The notes under the pieces were generated by a model, which worked only from the letters and a program-made list of their open reading frames with translations, was not told where the DNA came from and made no database searches. Source: an uncultured Candidatus Rokubacteria bacterium (GTDB lineage: Bacteria > Methylomirabilota > Methylomirabilia > Rokubacteriales > CSP1-6). Taken from it: a DNA stretch of 64,000 bases. Position 1 is the first letter of the stretch. Every line of letters starts with the position of its first letter. Positions 7,436 to 17,525 of this stretch are shown piece after piece. Made by a program: the position numbers and the translations under genes. The stretch lies in contig CAVWFS010000018.1 in assembly GCA_963754315.1 (NCBI GenBank), positions 384,001 through 448,000 on the forward strand, written 5' to 3'.

Positions 7436-10120
7436 ATGAGCGAGAAGCGGCCCGACCCCGACGCGTTGCTGGCGCACGTCAAAGAGCAGGAGGCGCGCGC
7501 GGCCCGGGGCAAGCTCAAACTCTTCTTCGGGGCAGCGGCCGGTGTCGGGAAAACATATGCCATGCTCGAGGCGGCCCGCGAGCGGCAGGCGGAGGGGATC
7601 GACGTCGTGGTCGGGTACGTCGAAACCCATGGTCGCGCCGAGACTGAGGCGCTTCTCCAGGGGCTGGAGGTGCTTCCCCCGCGGCTGATCGAGTACCGAG
7701 GCGCCACCTTGCGGGAGTTCGACCTGGACGCTGCCCTTGCCCGCCGGCCCGCCATCATCCTCGTTGATGAGCTCGCCCATACCAATGCCGCTGGCTCCCG
7801 CCATACCAAGCGCTGGCAGGACGTCCTCGAGCTGCTCGGGGCCGGCATCGATGTCTACACGACCCTCAACGTGCAGCACCTCGAAAGCCTCAATGACATC
7901 GTGGCCAAGATCACCGGGGTGGTGGTGCGGGAGACGGTCCCCGATTCGGTGCTCGACGAAGCGGATGAGGTCGAGCTGATCGATCTGCCCCCCGACGACC
8001 TCCTGGAGCGGCTCCGGGAAGGAAAGGTCTACGTGCCGGAGCAGGCCCAGGAGGCCATTCGCAACTTCTTCCGCAAGGGGAATCTGATCGCCTTGCGGGA
8101 GCTGGCGCTCCGCCGGACGGCGGAACGAGTGGACGCGCAAATGCGTGTCTACATGCGGGACCACGCCATCGATCAGATCTGGCCGGCGGGGGAGCGGTTG
8201 CTCGTCTGCATCGGTCCGAGCCGCCACTCGGTGCGGCTGGTGCGGGCGGCCAAGCGCATGGCCGATCGGCTGGAAGGTGAGTGGATCGCCGCCTACGTGG
8301 AGACCCCGGCCCACACCAGGCTCTCGCCGGAAGCCCGCGAGCGAGTGGTCAACACGATGCGGCTCGCCGAGCAACTGGGGGCGCGGACGGTCACCCTGAG
8401 CGGCGAGCGCATGAGCGCCGAGATCCTCGCCTTCGCCCGCGAGCGGAACATCACCAAGATCATCGTCGGGAAACCCAGCCGCCGGCTGTGGAGGCGCATC
8501 GTCTTCGGCTCGATCGTGGACGCCCTCGTGGAGGGCAGCGGCGAAGCCGACGTCTACGTCATCAGTGGCGAGGCGGAGGGCCCGTCGCTGGCGGTGCCCC
8601 GACCCCGGCGACCTCGGGCCACAGACTGGTGGCAATACGCACAGGCCGTGAGCGTGGTGGCCGTCGCCACAGGGGTGGCCTGGCTCATGTTTCCCCTTTT
8701 CCAGCCGGCGAACCTCATCATGACGTACCTCCTCGGGGTCATCCTGGTGGCCACGCGCCAGAGCCGCGGGCCCTCGATCCTTGCCTCGGTGTTGAGCGTG
8801 GCGGCCTTCGACTTTTTCTTCGTCCCCCCCTACCTCACGTTTGCCGTCTCCGACGCCGAGTACCTCATCACCTTTGCCGTCATGCTGCTGGTGGGCCTCG
8901 TCATCAGCAGTCTCACCGTGCGCATCCGGAGCCAGGCAGAGGTCGCGCGGGAGCGCGAGCAGCAGACCGCCGCGCTCTACGCCATGAGCCGTGAGTTCGC
9001 GAGCACCCGAGGGATCGATGCGCTCCTGGCCATTGCTATTCGGCACGTCAGCGAGGTCTTCCGGAGTCAGGTGGTGGTGCTCTTGCCCGATAGCACGGGA
9101 CGTCTTGTGCCCCGCGGCGGGGGCCAGTTCGAGGTCGATGCCAACGAGATGGCGGTCAGTCGATGGGTGTACGAGCATCGCCAGGCCGCGGGTCTGGGGA
9201 CGGCGACCCTCCCTGGCGCCCGCGCGCTCTACCTGCCGCTGATGGCACCCCACGGGCCCGTTGGTGTCCTCGGGGTCCGGCCGCCAGCCACGCACGACCT
9301 CGATGCCCCCGAGCGACTTCATCAGCTCGAGACGTTTGCCAACCAGACAGCCCTGGCTTTCGAACGGGCGCGTCTGGCCGACGAGGCGCAGGAGGCTCAA
9401 GTCCGGGCGGAGTCGGAGCGCCTGCAGAACTCCCTCCTGAGCTCGGTCTCCCACGATCTGCGCACGCCACTCACGGCCATCACCGGCGCCGTCAGCACTG
9501 TCCTCGACAACGACGGGCGGCTCGACAGCGACACGCGCCGCGATCTCCTGGAATCGGTGCGCGAGGAAGCCGAGCGTCTCAGCCGGCTCGTCGCCAACCT
9601 GCTCGAGATGACGCGGCTGCAGTCGGGCGCCCTCCGGCTGCAGAACGAGTGGCATCAGGTGGAGGAGGTGGTGGGGGCGGCGCTGCGCAGGCTCCACCGG
9701 CGCTTGGGCCAGCGCACGGTGACGACCCGCATCCTGCCCGATCTGCCCGCCGTCCCCATGGACGACGTGCTCATCGAGCAGGTGCTGGTCAACCTTCTCG
9801 ACAACGTCATCAAGTACACGCCGCCCGACAGCCCCATCGTCATCGTGGCGACCGCCACCGAGGAAGCAGTGACCATCGAGGTGGCCGATCGAGGGCCAGG
9901 CTTGCCCCGGGGTGAGGAGCAGCGGATCTTCGAGAAGTTCTATCGCCTGCCGTCCGATACGGAACGCGGCGCCGGCCTCGGGCTGGCGATCTGCAGGGGC
10001 ATCGTCGAGGCACACGGAGGTCACATCTGGGCGCAGAACCTGCCCGGAGGCGGTGTAGCCTTCCTCTTCACCCTTCCGCTCAAGGCGACAGTGGCGAGCA
10101 AGGTTCCGGCGGGTGCCTGA
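7436..10120 (+). CDS. kdpD: Sensor histidine kinase KdpD
   Basis: KdpD domain (GAAAGVGKTYAML, LVDELAHTN, KRWQDV), Usp domain, 4-TM region, GAF, HisKA (SHDLRTPL), HATPase (NLLDN, DRGPG, GLGLAIC). Confidence 0.97.
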   Translation: MSEKRPDPDALLAHVKEQEARAARGKLKLFFGAAAGVGKTYAMLEAARERQAEGIDVVVGYVETHGRAETEALLQGLEVLPPRLIEYRGATLREFDLDAALARRPAIILVDELAHTNAAGSRHTKRWQDVLELLGAGIDVYTTLNVQHLESLNDIVAKITGVVVRETVPDSVLDEADEVELIDLPPDDLLERLREGKVYVPEQAQEAIRNFFRKGNLIALRELALRRTAERVDAQMRVYMRDHAIDQIWPAGERLLVCIGPSRHSVRLVRAAKRMADRLEGEWIAAYVETPAHTRLSPEARERVVNTMRLAEQLGARTVTLSGERMSAEILAFARERNITKIIVGKPSRRLWRRIVFGSIVDALVEGSGEADVYVISGEAEGPSLAVPRPRRPRATDWWQYAQAVSVVAVATGVAWLMFPLFQPANLIMTYLLGVILVATRQSRGPSILASVLSVAAFDFFFVPPYLTFAVSDAEYLITFAVMLLVGLVISSLTVRIRSQAEVAREREQQTAALYAMSREFASTRGIDALLAIAIRHVSEVFRSQVVVLLPDSTGRLVPRGGGQFEVDANEMAVSRWVYEHRQAAGLGTATLPGARALYLPLMAPHGPVGVLGVRPPATHDLDAPERLHQLETFANQTALAFERARLADEAQEAQVRAESERLQNSLLSSVSHDLRTPLTAITGAVSTVLDNDGRLDSDTRRDLLESVREEAERLSRLVANLLEMTRLQSGALRLQNEWHQVEEVVGAALRRLHRRLGQRTVTTRILPDLPAVPMDDVLIEQVLVNLLDNVIKYTPPDSPIVIVATATEEAVTIEVADRGPGLPRGEEQRIFEKFYRLPSDTERGAGLGLAICRGIVEAHGGHIWAQNLPGGGVAFLFTLPLKATVASKVPAGA

Positions 10121-10796
10121 TCCAACCGTCCTGCTCGTCGAGGACGAGTTGGCGATTCGACGGTTCCTGCGCCCGGCACTCACCAGTCAGGGTTACCGCC
10201 TGTTCGAGGCGGCCACGGGAGCCGATGCGCTGGCCGATGCGGCCACCCGTCAGCCCGACGTGGTCATCCTCGACCTCGGCCTCCCTGACATGGATGGCCT
10301 GGAGGTCATCCGCCGGCTTCGGGAATGGACGTCGGTACCCATCATCGTCCTCTCGGCCCGCGGGCAGGAGCGCGACAAGGTCAGCGCGCTGGATGCCGGG
10401 GCAGATGACTACGTGGGCAAGCCTTTCGGGCCCGAAGAGCTGCTCGCCCGAATCCGGGCGGCGTTGCGTCGTCGGGCCACGGGAGCGGACGACGAGCCCA
10501 CGTTCGCGGTTGGTGAGCTCAAGGTCGATCTCGCTCACCGCCGCGTCTCGGTCGGGGAGCGCGAGGTTCACCTGACGCCCATCGAGTACCGGCTGCTCGT
10601 CTCGCTGGTGCGTGACGCCGGTAAGGTTCTGACGCACCGGCATCTACTGCGGGAGGTGTGGGGGCCGCACGCCGAGGACGCCCACACGTTGCGCGTACAC
10701 ATGGCGCAGCTGCGTCGCAAGCTGGAGACAGAACCGGCGAACCCGCGCTACGTGCTGACGGAGCCTGGGGTCGGATATCGGCTGAGCGCGGAATGA
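10113..10796 (+). CDS. kdpE: OmpR-family response regulator KdpE
   Basis: LVEDE, LDLGLPDMDG, GADDYVGKPF, wHTH LRVHMAQLRRKLE...TEPGVGYR; overlaps the kdpD stop. Confidence 0.95.
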   Translation: MPDPTVLLVEDELAIRRFLRPALTSQGYRLFEAATGADALADAATRQPDVVILDLGLPDMDGLEVIRRLREWTSVPIIVLSARGQERDKVSALDAGADDYVGKPFGPEELLARIRAALRRRATGADDEPTFAVGELKVDLAHRRVSVGEREVHLTPIEYRLLVSLVRDAGKVLTHRHLLREVWGPHAEDAHTLRVHMAQLRRKLETEPANPRYVLTEPGVGYRLSAE

Positions 10797-10912
10797 CACT
10801 CCAAGCCAGGACCGGGCCGGCGCGCACGTACGTGGACGCCGCTCATGAGAGTACGCTATAAGCGTCATCGCGTATGGTTGCCGCTATGGAGCGCCGGGAA
10901 AGGAGCGTCACG

Positions 10913-11839
10913 ATGGGGCGGGCCAGAACCATCTTGTTGGCCGTCGTCGCCGCGAGCCTCCTCTGCTGGCTCGGCTCGACCGAGAGCCAGGAACGGCTGA
11001 TCAAGGGAGAGGACGGCGCCGACATGGTTCTCGTGCCGGCAGGGGCATTCTGGATGGGAAGCGCACCCGAGGACATCCAGGTCCGGATCGACGAGTGTGA
11101 GCGGACTGTGAAGCCCGAGAACCGGACCAAGTGCAGCGAATGGTTCGGCGACGAGGCACCCCAGCGGCAAGTGTTCCTCGACGCTTTCTACATCGACCGA
11201 TACGAGGTCACCAACACGCGTTTCGAAAAGTTCGCATCGACCAATTCCTACCGGACCACCGCGGAAGCCGAGGGCTGGGGCTGGGTACACCAGCAGAAGA
11301 ACGGCAAACCGCAGTGGGAGAGACTGAAAGGTGCGACGTGGCGAGCCCCGGGCGGACCCGGCACGACCGCGGCCGGCATGCATCCTGTCGTGCAGGTCTC
11401 GTGGTATGACGCCGACGCGTACTGCAAGTGGGCAGGCAAGCGACTCCCGACCGAAGCCGAATGGGAGAAGGCAGCGCGAGGGGTCGACGGGCGACGCTAT
11501 CCGTGGGGAGAAGACTGGAACCCCTCCCGATCCAACGGCGACATGGGAGTCAAGGCTACCCGTCCCATCGGCAGCTATCCGGCCGGAACGAGTCCCTATG
11601 ATCTCCACGACATGTCGGGGAACGTGTTCGAGTGGGTGGTGGACTGGTACGATCCAGCCTTCTACCGGAAGGCGCAGGACAGAAACCCGTCCGGTCCCGC
11701 CAGCGGCGACCAGCGCGTCCTGCGCGGAGGCGCCTGGCACTCGCGCCCGATCGCGCTCCGGGTGGCCAGCCGCGGCAGCGGCGTTCCGGAGTTCCGGTAC
11801 AACTACACCGGCTTCCGATGCGCCCGGGGAATCCGTTAG
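10913..11839 (+). CDS. Secreted FGE-sulfatase (SUMF1-like) domain protein
   Basis: Signal peptide; GAFWMG, YEVTN, HPVVQVSWYDA, RLPTEAEWEKAARG, DMSGNVFEW, RGGAW, GFRC; AAGGAG RBS. Confidence 0.9.
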   Translation: MGRARTILLAVVAASLLCWLGSTESQERLIKGEDGADMVLVPAGAFWMGSAPEDIQVRIDECERTVKPENRTKCSEWFGDEAPQRQVFLDAFYIDRYEVTNTRFEKFASTNSYRTTAEAEGWGWVHQQKNGKPQWERLKGATWRAPGGPGTTAAGMHPVVQVSWYDADAYCKWAGKRLPTEAEWEKAARGVDGRRYPWGEDWNPSRSNGDMGVKATRPIGSYPAGTSPYDLHDMSGNVFEWVVDWYDPAFYRKAQDRNPSGPASGDQRVLRGGAWHSRPIALRVASRGSGVPEFRYNYTGFRCARGIR

Positions 11840-11861
11840 GAGCCCTCGAGCGGGACGCCTG

Positions 11862-13025
11862 ATGGCGGGGGCGTTCAAACAGCAGTACGAGTCGCTGTTC
11901 GGTCAGCCGTGGGCGGTGGGGAGTGCGGCCATCCTGGTCGCGGCCATCAACGTGTTCCTCTTTGCCTTCGACCGCCCCTGGACGGCCTCGGATGGCGTGC
12001 GTAACTGGGGGGACTGGATCTTGACCTTCCTCGGCGTGCTGAGGCGGCCCGATCTGGTGGCGCCCTGGTTCTACTCGGGGTCGCTCATCGACATCGGCGT
12101 GCTGCTGGGTGGCCTCGTCGCCGCCCTGCTGGCCCGCGAGTTCGCCATCCGGGTGCCTCCCGTCGGCGAGCTCATCAAAGGTGGCATGGGCGGCACCTTG
12201 ATGGGCACGGGCGCCATGCTGGCCTTCGGCTGCAACATCGGGGGGTTTTTCAGTGCCACCAGCGCGCTTTCGCTCTCTGGTCTCGGCATGATGCTGGGTC
12301 TCCTCGGGGGGGCCTGGCTCGGGCTCCGCTACATGGTCTGGGAGATGGAGCATCGCCCCGATTGGTCCAGCGGCCGGGCGCGCGTTCTCGCTCGCGCCCG
12401 ACCGGAGGGTAGCCGCCAGCCGATCGTCGGGGCCCTTGTCTTGTTGCTGCTGCTGCTCATGCCGTTCGTGTACGGACGCAGCGGTTACGTCCCACAGGGA
12501 GTGTTCCTGCTCTTCGGGGTGGCCTTCGGCTTCGTGTTCCAGCGCTCTCGCTTTTGCCTGGTCCGGGCGTTCCGCGAGCCATTCATGACGGGAGACGGTG
12601 AGCACACGCGCGCGGCGGCCCTGGCCGTCGTGCTCAGCATGCTAGGCTTCGCCGTGCTCAAGTTCACCGACCTCAAGGATCGAGGCGAGTGGGTATTCGC
12701 GAGCGCGGGCATCGGTGCCCTGCTCGGTGGGCTGCTCTTCGGGGTTGGTATGACCTTGGCGGGAGGATGCGGGGCCGGCGCGATCTGGCGGGCCGGGGAG
12801 GGACAGGTGAAGCTCTGGGTGGCGGTGGCCTTCTTCGGTCTGAGCGCATCGCTGGCTCGACTGATCCTGCAGCACACGGGTGCGCTGCAGAAGCTCGGGT
12901 GGGCCGTATTCTTGCCGTCGACGGTGGGTTGGGCAGGCGCCATCCTCCTCGTGGTGGCGGTGATGGTGGCGTGGGCAACCTGGGCCACGTGGAACGAGGA
13001 CTCGCGAAGGTTCAGCCTGCTCTAG
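11862..13025 (+). CDS. YeeE/YedE-family Cys-relay membrane protein (YedE/FdhT-like motif order)
   Basis: Multi-TM; LAFGCNIG, QRSRFCLV and LAGGCGAG conserved-Cys motifs. Confidence 0.88.
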   Translation: MAGAFKQQYESLFGQPWAVGSAAILVAAINVFLFAFDRPWTASDGVRNWGDWILTFLGVLRRPDLVAPWFYSGSLIDIGVLLGGLVAALLAREFAIRVPPVGELIKGGMGGTLMGTGAMLAFGCNIGGFFSATSALSLSGLGMMLGLLGGAWLGLRYMVWEMEHRPDWSSGRARVLARARPEGSRQPIVGALVLLLLLLMPFVYGRSGYVPQGVFLLFGVAFGFVFQRSRFCLVRAFREPFMTGDGEHTRAAALAVVLSMLGFAVLKFTDLKDRGEWVFASAGIGALLGGLLFGVGMTLAGGCGAGAIWRAGEGQVKLWVAVAFFGLSASLARLILQHTGALQKLGWAVFLPSTVGWAGAILLVVAVMVAWATWATWNEDSRRFSLL

Positions 13026-13035
13026 ACTAGGACCC

Positions 13036-14565
13036 ATGCGCTACGGGTTCGTGATCGATCAGCGGAAGTGCATCGGTTGCCACGCGTGCACGGTGGCCTG
13101 CAAGGAGGAGAATCGGGTCCCGCTCGGAGTCTTTCGCACGTGGGTGAAGTACATCGAGCGTGGAACGTTCCCCGATACGCGCCGGTACTTCTCGGTGCTG
13201 CGCTGTAATCACTGCGACACAGCGCCCTGCGTGGCGATCTGTCCGACCGTCGCCCTTTATCGTCGCCCCGACGGCATCGTCGATTTCGACGGCAGCCGCT
13301 GCATCGGCTGCAAGTCGTGCATGCAAGCCTGTCCGTACGACGCGCTCTATATCGACCCCGACACCAACACTGCGGCCAAGTGCAACTACTGTGCGCACCG
13401 CGTAGAGGTCGGTCTCGAGCCGGCCTGCGTCATCGTCTGCCCCGAGCAGGCCATCGTGGCCGGCGACCTCGATGATCCGTCCACCACCATCGCGCGACTG
13501 GTGGCCACCGAGCAAGTACAGGTGCGAAAGCCCGAGCAGGGTACCCGCCCCAAGGTGTTCTACCTCGGGGCCGATGCTGCCGCCCTGTCGCCGACCTTAC
13601 AGAAGACCTCTGAGCGCTTCATGTGGGCGCAGCGGTCGGCCGCGGATCTCGACCTCGTGCGCATGGTGGCTGCTGCCCACGACCCCGTCGAGGCCGACGG
13701 GGCGCTGAGCCGGCCCGTCTACGACGTGTCGCACCTGCCGCGGCCGTGGGGCAGCCGGGTCGCCGCCTATCTCTGGACGAAGTCAATTGCCGCCGGGGTG
13801 CTCATGGTTGGAGCGGCAGGGGTGCTGGCCGGCAGCGCGCAAGGGGGTCGCCTCACCGGCCTGGCGGCACCGGTGATCGCCCTGCTGTTCCTCGCCCTCA
13901 CGACCGGGCTGTTGATCGGCGATCTCAAGCGGCCGGACCGCTTTCACTACATCCTGACCAAGGGCAACCGCACCTCATGGCTCGTGTGGGGAGCCTGGAT
14001 CCTCATGGCCTACGGGGCGGTCGGTCTCGTCTGGTTGCTGGCCGCCTTCACCGAAAACGTCGGCCTCCTTCGGCTGCTCGCCATACCGGCCATCGTTCTG
14101 GGAGGGGCGGCAGCGGGATATAGCGCATTCCTGTTCGGGCAGGCGGAGGGGCGTGACTTCTGGCAGAGCCCCCTGCTCCTACCTCAGCTCCTGGTGGCGG
14201 CCCTCGTGGCCGGCGCTGCTTCGTTGATCCTGTTGCACGTGATTCTTGGCGGCGAACCCGGCAAACTGGCGCCCCTCGCCCTTGTCTTCGCGGCGAGTCT
14301 CGTGCTCCATGCGGTCGTGCTCCTGGCGGAGCTGTTCGGAGCGCACGCGAGCCTCGACGTCGGGCGCACCGCCAAGCTGATCACCCGGGGGCCCTTCTGC
14401 CGCGCGTTCTGGATCGGGGTGGTGGGTACAGGTCTTGTCCTTCCGTTGATCCTGCTCTGGTTCGGAACTCCCGGCGCGGTGGTGGCCGCCGGGCTGGCCC
14501 TGGCCGGGCTTTGGATCTACGAGGATCTGTGGGTCAAGGCCGGTCAATCGCTTCCATTGAGCTGA
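13036..14565 (+). CDS. Fused 4Fe-4S (NrfC/PsrB/DmsB-like) and NrfD/PsrC membrane-anchor subunit
   Basis: Four Cys clusters (CIGCHACTVAC, CNHCDTAPCVAIC, CIGCKSCMQAC, CNYC...CVIVC), then a multi-TM NrfD region with DLKRPDRF...SWLVWG. Confidence 0.9.
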   Translation: MRYGFVIDQRKCIGCHACTVACKEENRVPLGVFRTWVKYIERGTFPDTRRYFSVLRCNHCDTAPCVAICPTVALYRRPDGIVDFDGSRCIGCKSCMQACPYDALYIDPDTNTAAKCNYCAHRVEVGLEPACVIVCPEQAIVAGDLDDPSTTIARLVATEQVQVRKPEQGTRPKVFYLGADAAALSPTLQKTSERFMWAQRSAADLDLVRMVAAAHDPVEADGALSRPVYDVSHLPRPWGSRVAAYLWTKSIAAGVLMVGAAGVLAGSAQGGRLTGLAAPVIALLFLALTTGLLIGDLKRPDRFHYILTKGNRTSWLVWGAWILMAYGAVGLVWLLAAFTENVGLLRLLAIPAIVLGGAAAGYSAFLFGQAEGRDFWQSPLLLPQLLVAALVAGAASLILLHVILGGEPGKLAPLALVFAASLVLHAVVLLAELFGAHASLDVGRTAKLITRGPFCRAFWIGVVGTGLVLPLILLWFGTPGAVVAAGLALAGLWIYEDLWVKAGQSLPLS

Positions 14566-14569
14566 GGAG

Positions 14570-17398
14570 ATGAGCGAAAGGATGACCATCGAGCCCTTAC
14601 ATCCTGCCGCACGCGAGTTGCCGGCGCCCGGGGGCGGCCTCGCCAGCTACCCACCGGTTGAGCGCTGGAACGACTGGATGGAGTACGACCCCGTCGCGTG
14701 GCCGCGAAAGGTGGAACGCCGGTACGCGCTTATTCCGACGATCTGCTTCAACTGTGAGGCGGCCTGCGGGCTGCTCGCCTACGTTGACAAGCAGACCCTG
14801 CAGATCCAGAAGTTCGAGGGTAATCCGACACACCCCGGCAGTCGCGGCCGCAACTGTGCCAAGGGCCCGGCAACCCTCAATCAGGTCTACGACCCGGAGC
14901 GCATCCGCCATCCGCTTCGACGGGTGGGCCCCCGCGGCGGAGGGCAGTGGGAGACGGTCACGTGGGACGAGGTCCTTGACGACATCGCCGGCCGCATCCG
15001 GCTGGCGCTGCTGGAGGGCCGTCCGAAGGAGATCATGTACCATCTCGGCCGGCCGGGCCACGAGCTCGTGTATCTGCAGCGCGTGTTCCATGCGTGGGGG
15101 ATCGACGGCCACAACAGCCACACCAACGTCTGCTCCGCGAGTGCGCGTGCGGGTTACGCCTTCTGGCACGGCATGGACCGTCCCTCGCCCGACCATGCCA
15201 ACGCACGAGTCATCCTGCTCCTCTCGTCGCATCTGGAGACGGGCCACTACTTCAACCCCCACGCTCAGCGGATCATCGAGGCGAAGATGCGGGGGGCACA
15301 GGTGTGTGTCATCGACACGCGGCTCAGCAACACGGCCTCCATGGCTGACTGGTGGCTGTCGCCGTGGCCGGGCTCGGAGGCGGCGATCCTTCTTGCCATT
15401 GCTAACCTCCTGGTTCAGGAACGGCGATACGACCGCGAGTTCGTTCGCCGGTGGACGAACTGGGAGGAGTACCTACGTTCCGAGCGCCCTGACCTCCCCC
15501 TGACCTTCGAGGCTTTCGAGCAGGCGCTACGGGAGCTGTATGCGGTCTACACGCCAGAGTTTGCGCAGGCGGAGAGCGGCGTGGAGGCGGTCAAGATCAT
15601 CGAGGTGGCCAGGGCTATCGGGCGCGCGGGCTCGGCCCTCGCCACGCACATCTGGCGGAATACGGCCGCCGGCAATCTCGGGGGATGGCAGGTGGCACGT
15701 GCCCTCGAGTGGATCGTGGTTCTGATGGGGGCGGTCAGCACGGAGGGTGGAACGGCGCCCAGCGCGTGGAACAAGGCCGTCCCGGCGCCACCGATGATGC
15801 CGCCGCCCGGGAAGATCTGGAGCGAGCTTCTGATGCCGAGGGAGTACCCGCTCGCTTTCTTCGAGATGAGTTTTCTGCTGCCCCACTTGCTGCGAGAGGG
15901 CCGCGGCAAGCTCGCCATGTACTTCACCCGCGTCTACAACCCCGTGTGGACCAATCCCGACGGCATGTCGTGGGTGGAGATGCTCTCCGATGAGGCCAAA
16001 GTGGAGCGCCACGCCTGCCTGACACCCGTGTGGAGCGAAACGGCTTGGTTTGCGGACTACGTGCTGCCCATGGGTGTCGGCTCGGAACGCCACGATCTCA
16101 TGTCCCAGGAGACGCATGCTGCCCGCTGGATCGGCTTCCGACAGCCCGTCCTGCGTGTCGCCCTCGAGCGGGAGGGGAAGACCTTCGATTGGACGTGGCA
16201 AGCCCACGAGGCGGCCGGCATCGGCCAGGTGTGGGAAGAGGACGAGTTCTGGATTGCGCTCTCGTGGCGCATCGATCCCGACGGTGCGCTCGGCATCCGG
16301 AAGTACTTCGAATCACCCTACCGGCCTGGACAGATGCTGCGGGTGGAGGAGTTCTACCGCTGGATCTTCGAGCACAGCGTGGCCGGCCTTCCCGAAGCCG
16401 CCCGCGCCGAGGGCCTCACGCCGCTTGCGTACATGCGCAAGTATGGGTCGTTCCTCGTGGAGGACGGGGTGTACCGGACGCACGAGCAGCCCATTTCGGC
16501 CCACGAACTCGAGGGGGCCGTGGTGGATCCGCTCACCAAGATCGCGGCCAAGAATGGAACCGCGGTCGGTGTCGAGATCGACGGGCAGGTGTGTCTCGGC
16601 TTCCCGACGCCGTCGCGCAAGCTCGAGTTCTTCTCCCCGACCTTGAAGGCGTGGAAATGGCCAGAACAGGCGGTGCCAGGCTACATCCGCAGCCACGTCG
16701 CTCGGAAGGCGATCGATCGCGAGCGGGGAGAAATGGTCTTGCTTCCCACGTTCCGGCTGCCAACCTTGATCCACACGCGCTCGGGGAATGCCAAGTGGCT
16801 CTACGAGATCTCGCACACGAACCCGCTGTGGCTCCACCCCGAGGATGCGGCGCGCGTGGGCGTGGCCACCGACGATCTCTTGAAGGTCTCCACGCGCATT
16901 GGCTATTTCGTCGACCGGGTCTGGGTGACGGAGTCGATCCGTCCCGGGGTCGTCGCCTGCTCGCATCATCTCGGGCGCTGGCGGCTCAGCGAGGATACGG
17001 GCGGCGAGCGTTGGTCGACCGCCCTCGTCGACCTGCGCCAGACGGCGCCAGGGCAATGGCGCATGCGGCAGATTCACGGCGTCCGCCCCTTCCTGAGCGA
17101 CGATAGGGACTCGCAGCGGATCTGGTGGCAAGACGCGGGTGTGCACCAGAACCTTACGTTTCCCGTCCAGCCCGATCCGGTCAGCGGTCAGCACTGCTGG
17201 CACCAGAAGGTGACCGTGACCAAGCCGGGCCCCGACGACCACTACGGCGACGTCTTCGTCGATACCGCCAAGTCCTTCGAGGTGTATCGCGAGTGGCTGG
17301 CACTGGCTCGCCCCGCCCCTGGCCCCGCTGGCTTGCGACGGCCGCTCTGGTTACCCCGTGCCTTCAAGCCGGACGCGTCGGCGTACAAGCTTTCCTGA
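14570..17398 (+). CDS. Molybdopterin (Mo/W-bisPGD, DMSO-reductase family) oxidoreductase catalytic subunit
   Basis: N-terminal CFNCEAAC...CAKG 4Fe-4S motif, HTNVCS putative Cys ligand, ADYVLP, C-terminal dinucleotide-binding domain (HPEDA, IRPGVV). Confidence 0.92.
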   Translation: MSERMTIEPLHPAARELPAPGGGLASYPPVERWNDWMEYDPVAWPRKVERRYALIPTICFNCEAACGLLAYVDKQTLQIQKFEGNPTHPGSRGRNCAKGPATLNQVYDPERIRHPLRRVGPRGGGQWETVTWDEVLDDIAGRIRLALLEGRPKEIMYHLGRPGHELVYLQRVFHAWGIDGHNSHTNVCSASARAGYAFWHGMDRPSPDHANARVILLLSSHLETGHYFNPHAQRIIEAKMRGAQVCVIDTRLSNTASMADWWLSPWPGSEAAILLAIANLLVQERRYDREFVRRWTNWEEYLRSERPDLPLTFEAFEQALRELYAVYTPEFAQAESGVEAVKIIEVARAIGRAGSALATHIWRNTAAGNLGGWQVARALEWIVVLMGAVSTEGGTAPSAWNKAVPAPPMMPPPGKIWSELLMPREYPLAFFEMSFLLPHLLREGRGKLAMYFTRVYNPVWTNPDGMSWVEMLSDEAKVERHACLTPVWSETAWFADYVLPMGVGSERHDLMSQETHAARWIGFRQPVLRVALEREGKTFDWTWQAHEAAGIGQVWEEDEFWIALSWRIDPDGALGIRKYFESPYRPGQMLRVEEFYRWIFEHSVAGLPEAARAEGLTPLAYMRKYGSFLVEDGVYRTHEQPISAHELEGAVVDPLTKIAAKNGTAVGVEIDGQVCLGFPTPSRKLEFFSPTLKAWKWPEQAVPGYIRSHVARKAIDRERGEMVLLPTFRLPTLIHTRSGNAKWLYEISHTNPLWLHPEDAARVGVATDDLLKVSTRIGYFVDRVWVTESIRPGVVACSHHLGRWRLSEDTGGERWSTALVDLRQTAPGQWRMRQIHGVRPFLSDDRDSQRIWWQDAGVHQNLTFPVQPDPVSGQHCWHQKVTVTKPGPDDHYGDVFVDTAKSFEVYREWLALARPAPGPAGLRRPLWLPRAFKPDASAYKLS

Positions 17399-17525
17399 CC
17401 CGGCTCTTCCCCAGACGGGGGAAATGTTGTGCTGGACCGAGATTTCACGGAAACTGTGCTGGAGGACAGCACATGGGAGGAAGGCGCCGGATGCGGAATG
17501 CCGATGGGAGGGCCGAGGAGGCCGC

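Noticed and set aside
779..10183. Very long antisense ORFs (779-2599, 2842-5355, 7202-10183, and similar ones elsewhere)
   Set aside because: Shadows of real genes in GC-rich DNA; Arg/His/Gly-rich with no motifs
14570..17398. Calling the Mo enzyme formate dehydrogenase or nitrate reductase
   Set aside because: The ligand region (HTNVCS) lacks the FDH C/U-H signature, and no specific assignment is supportable without phylogeny
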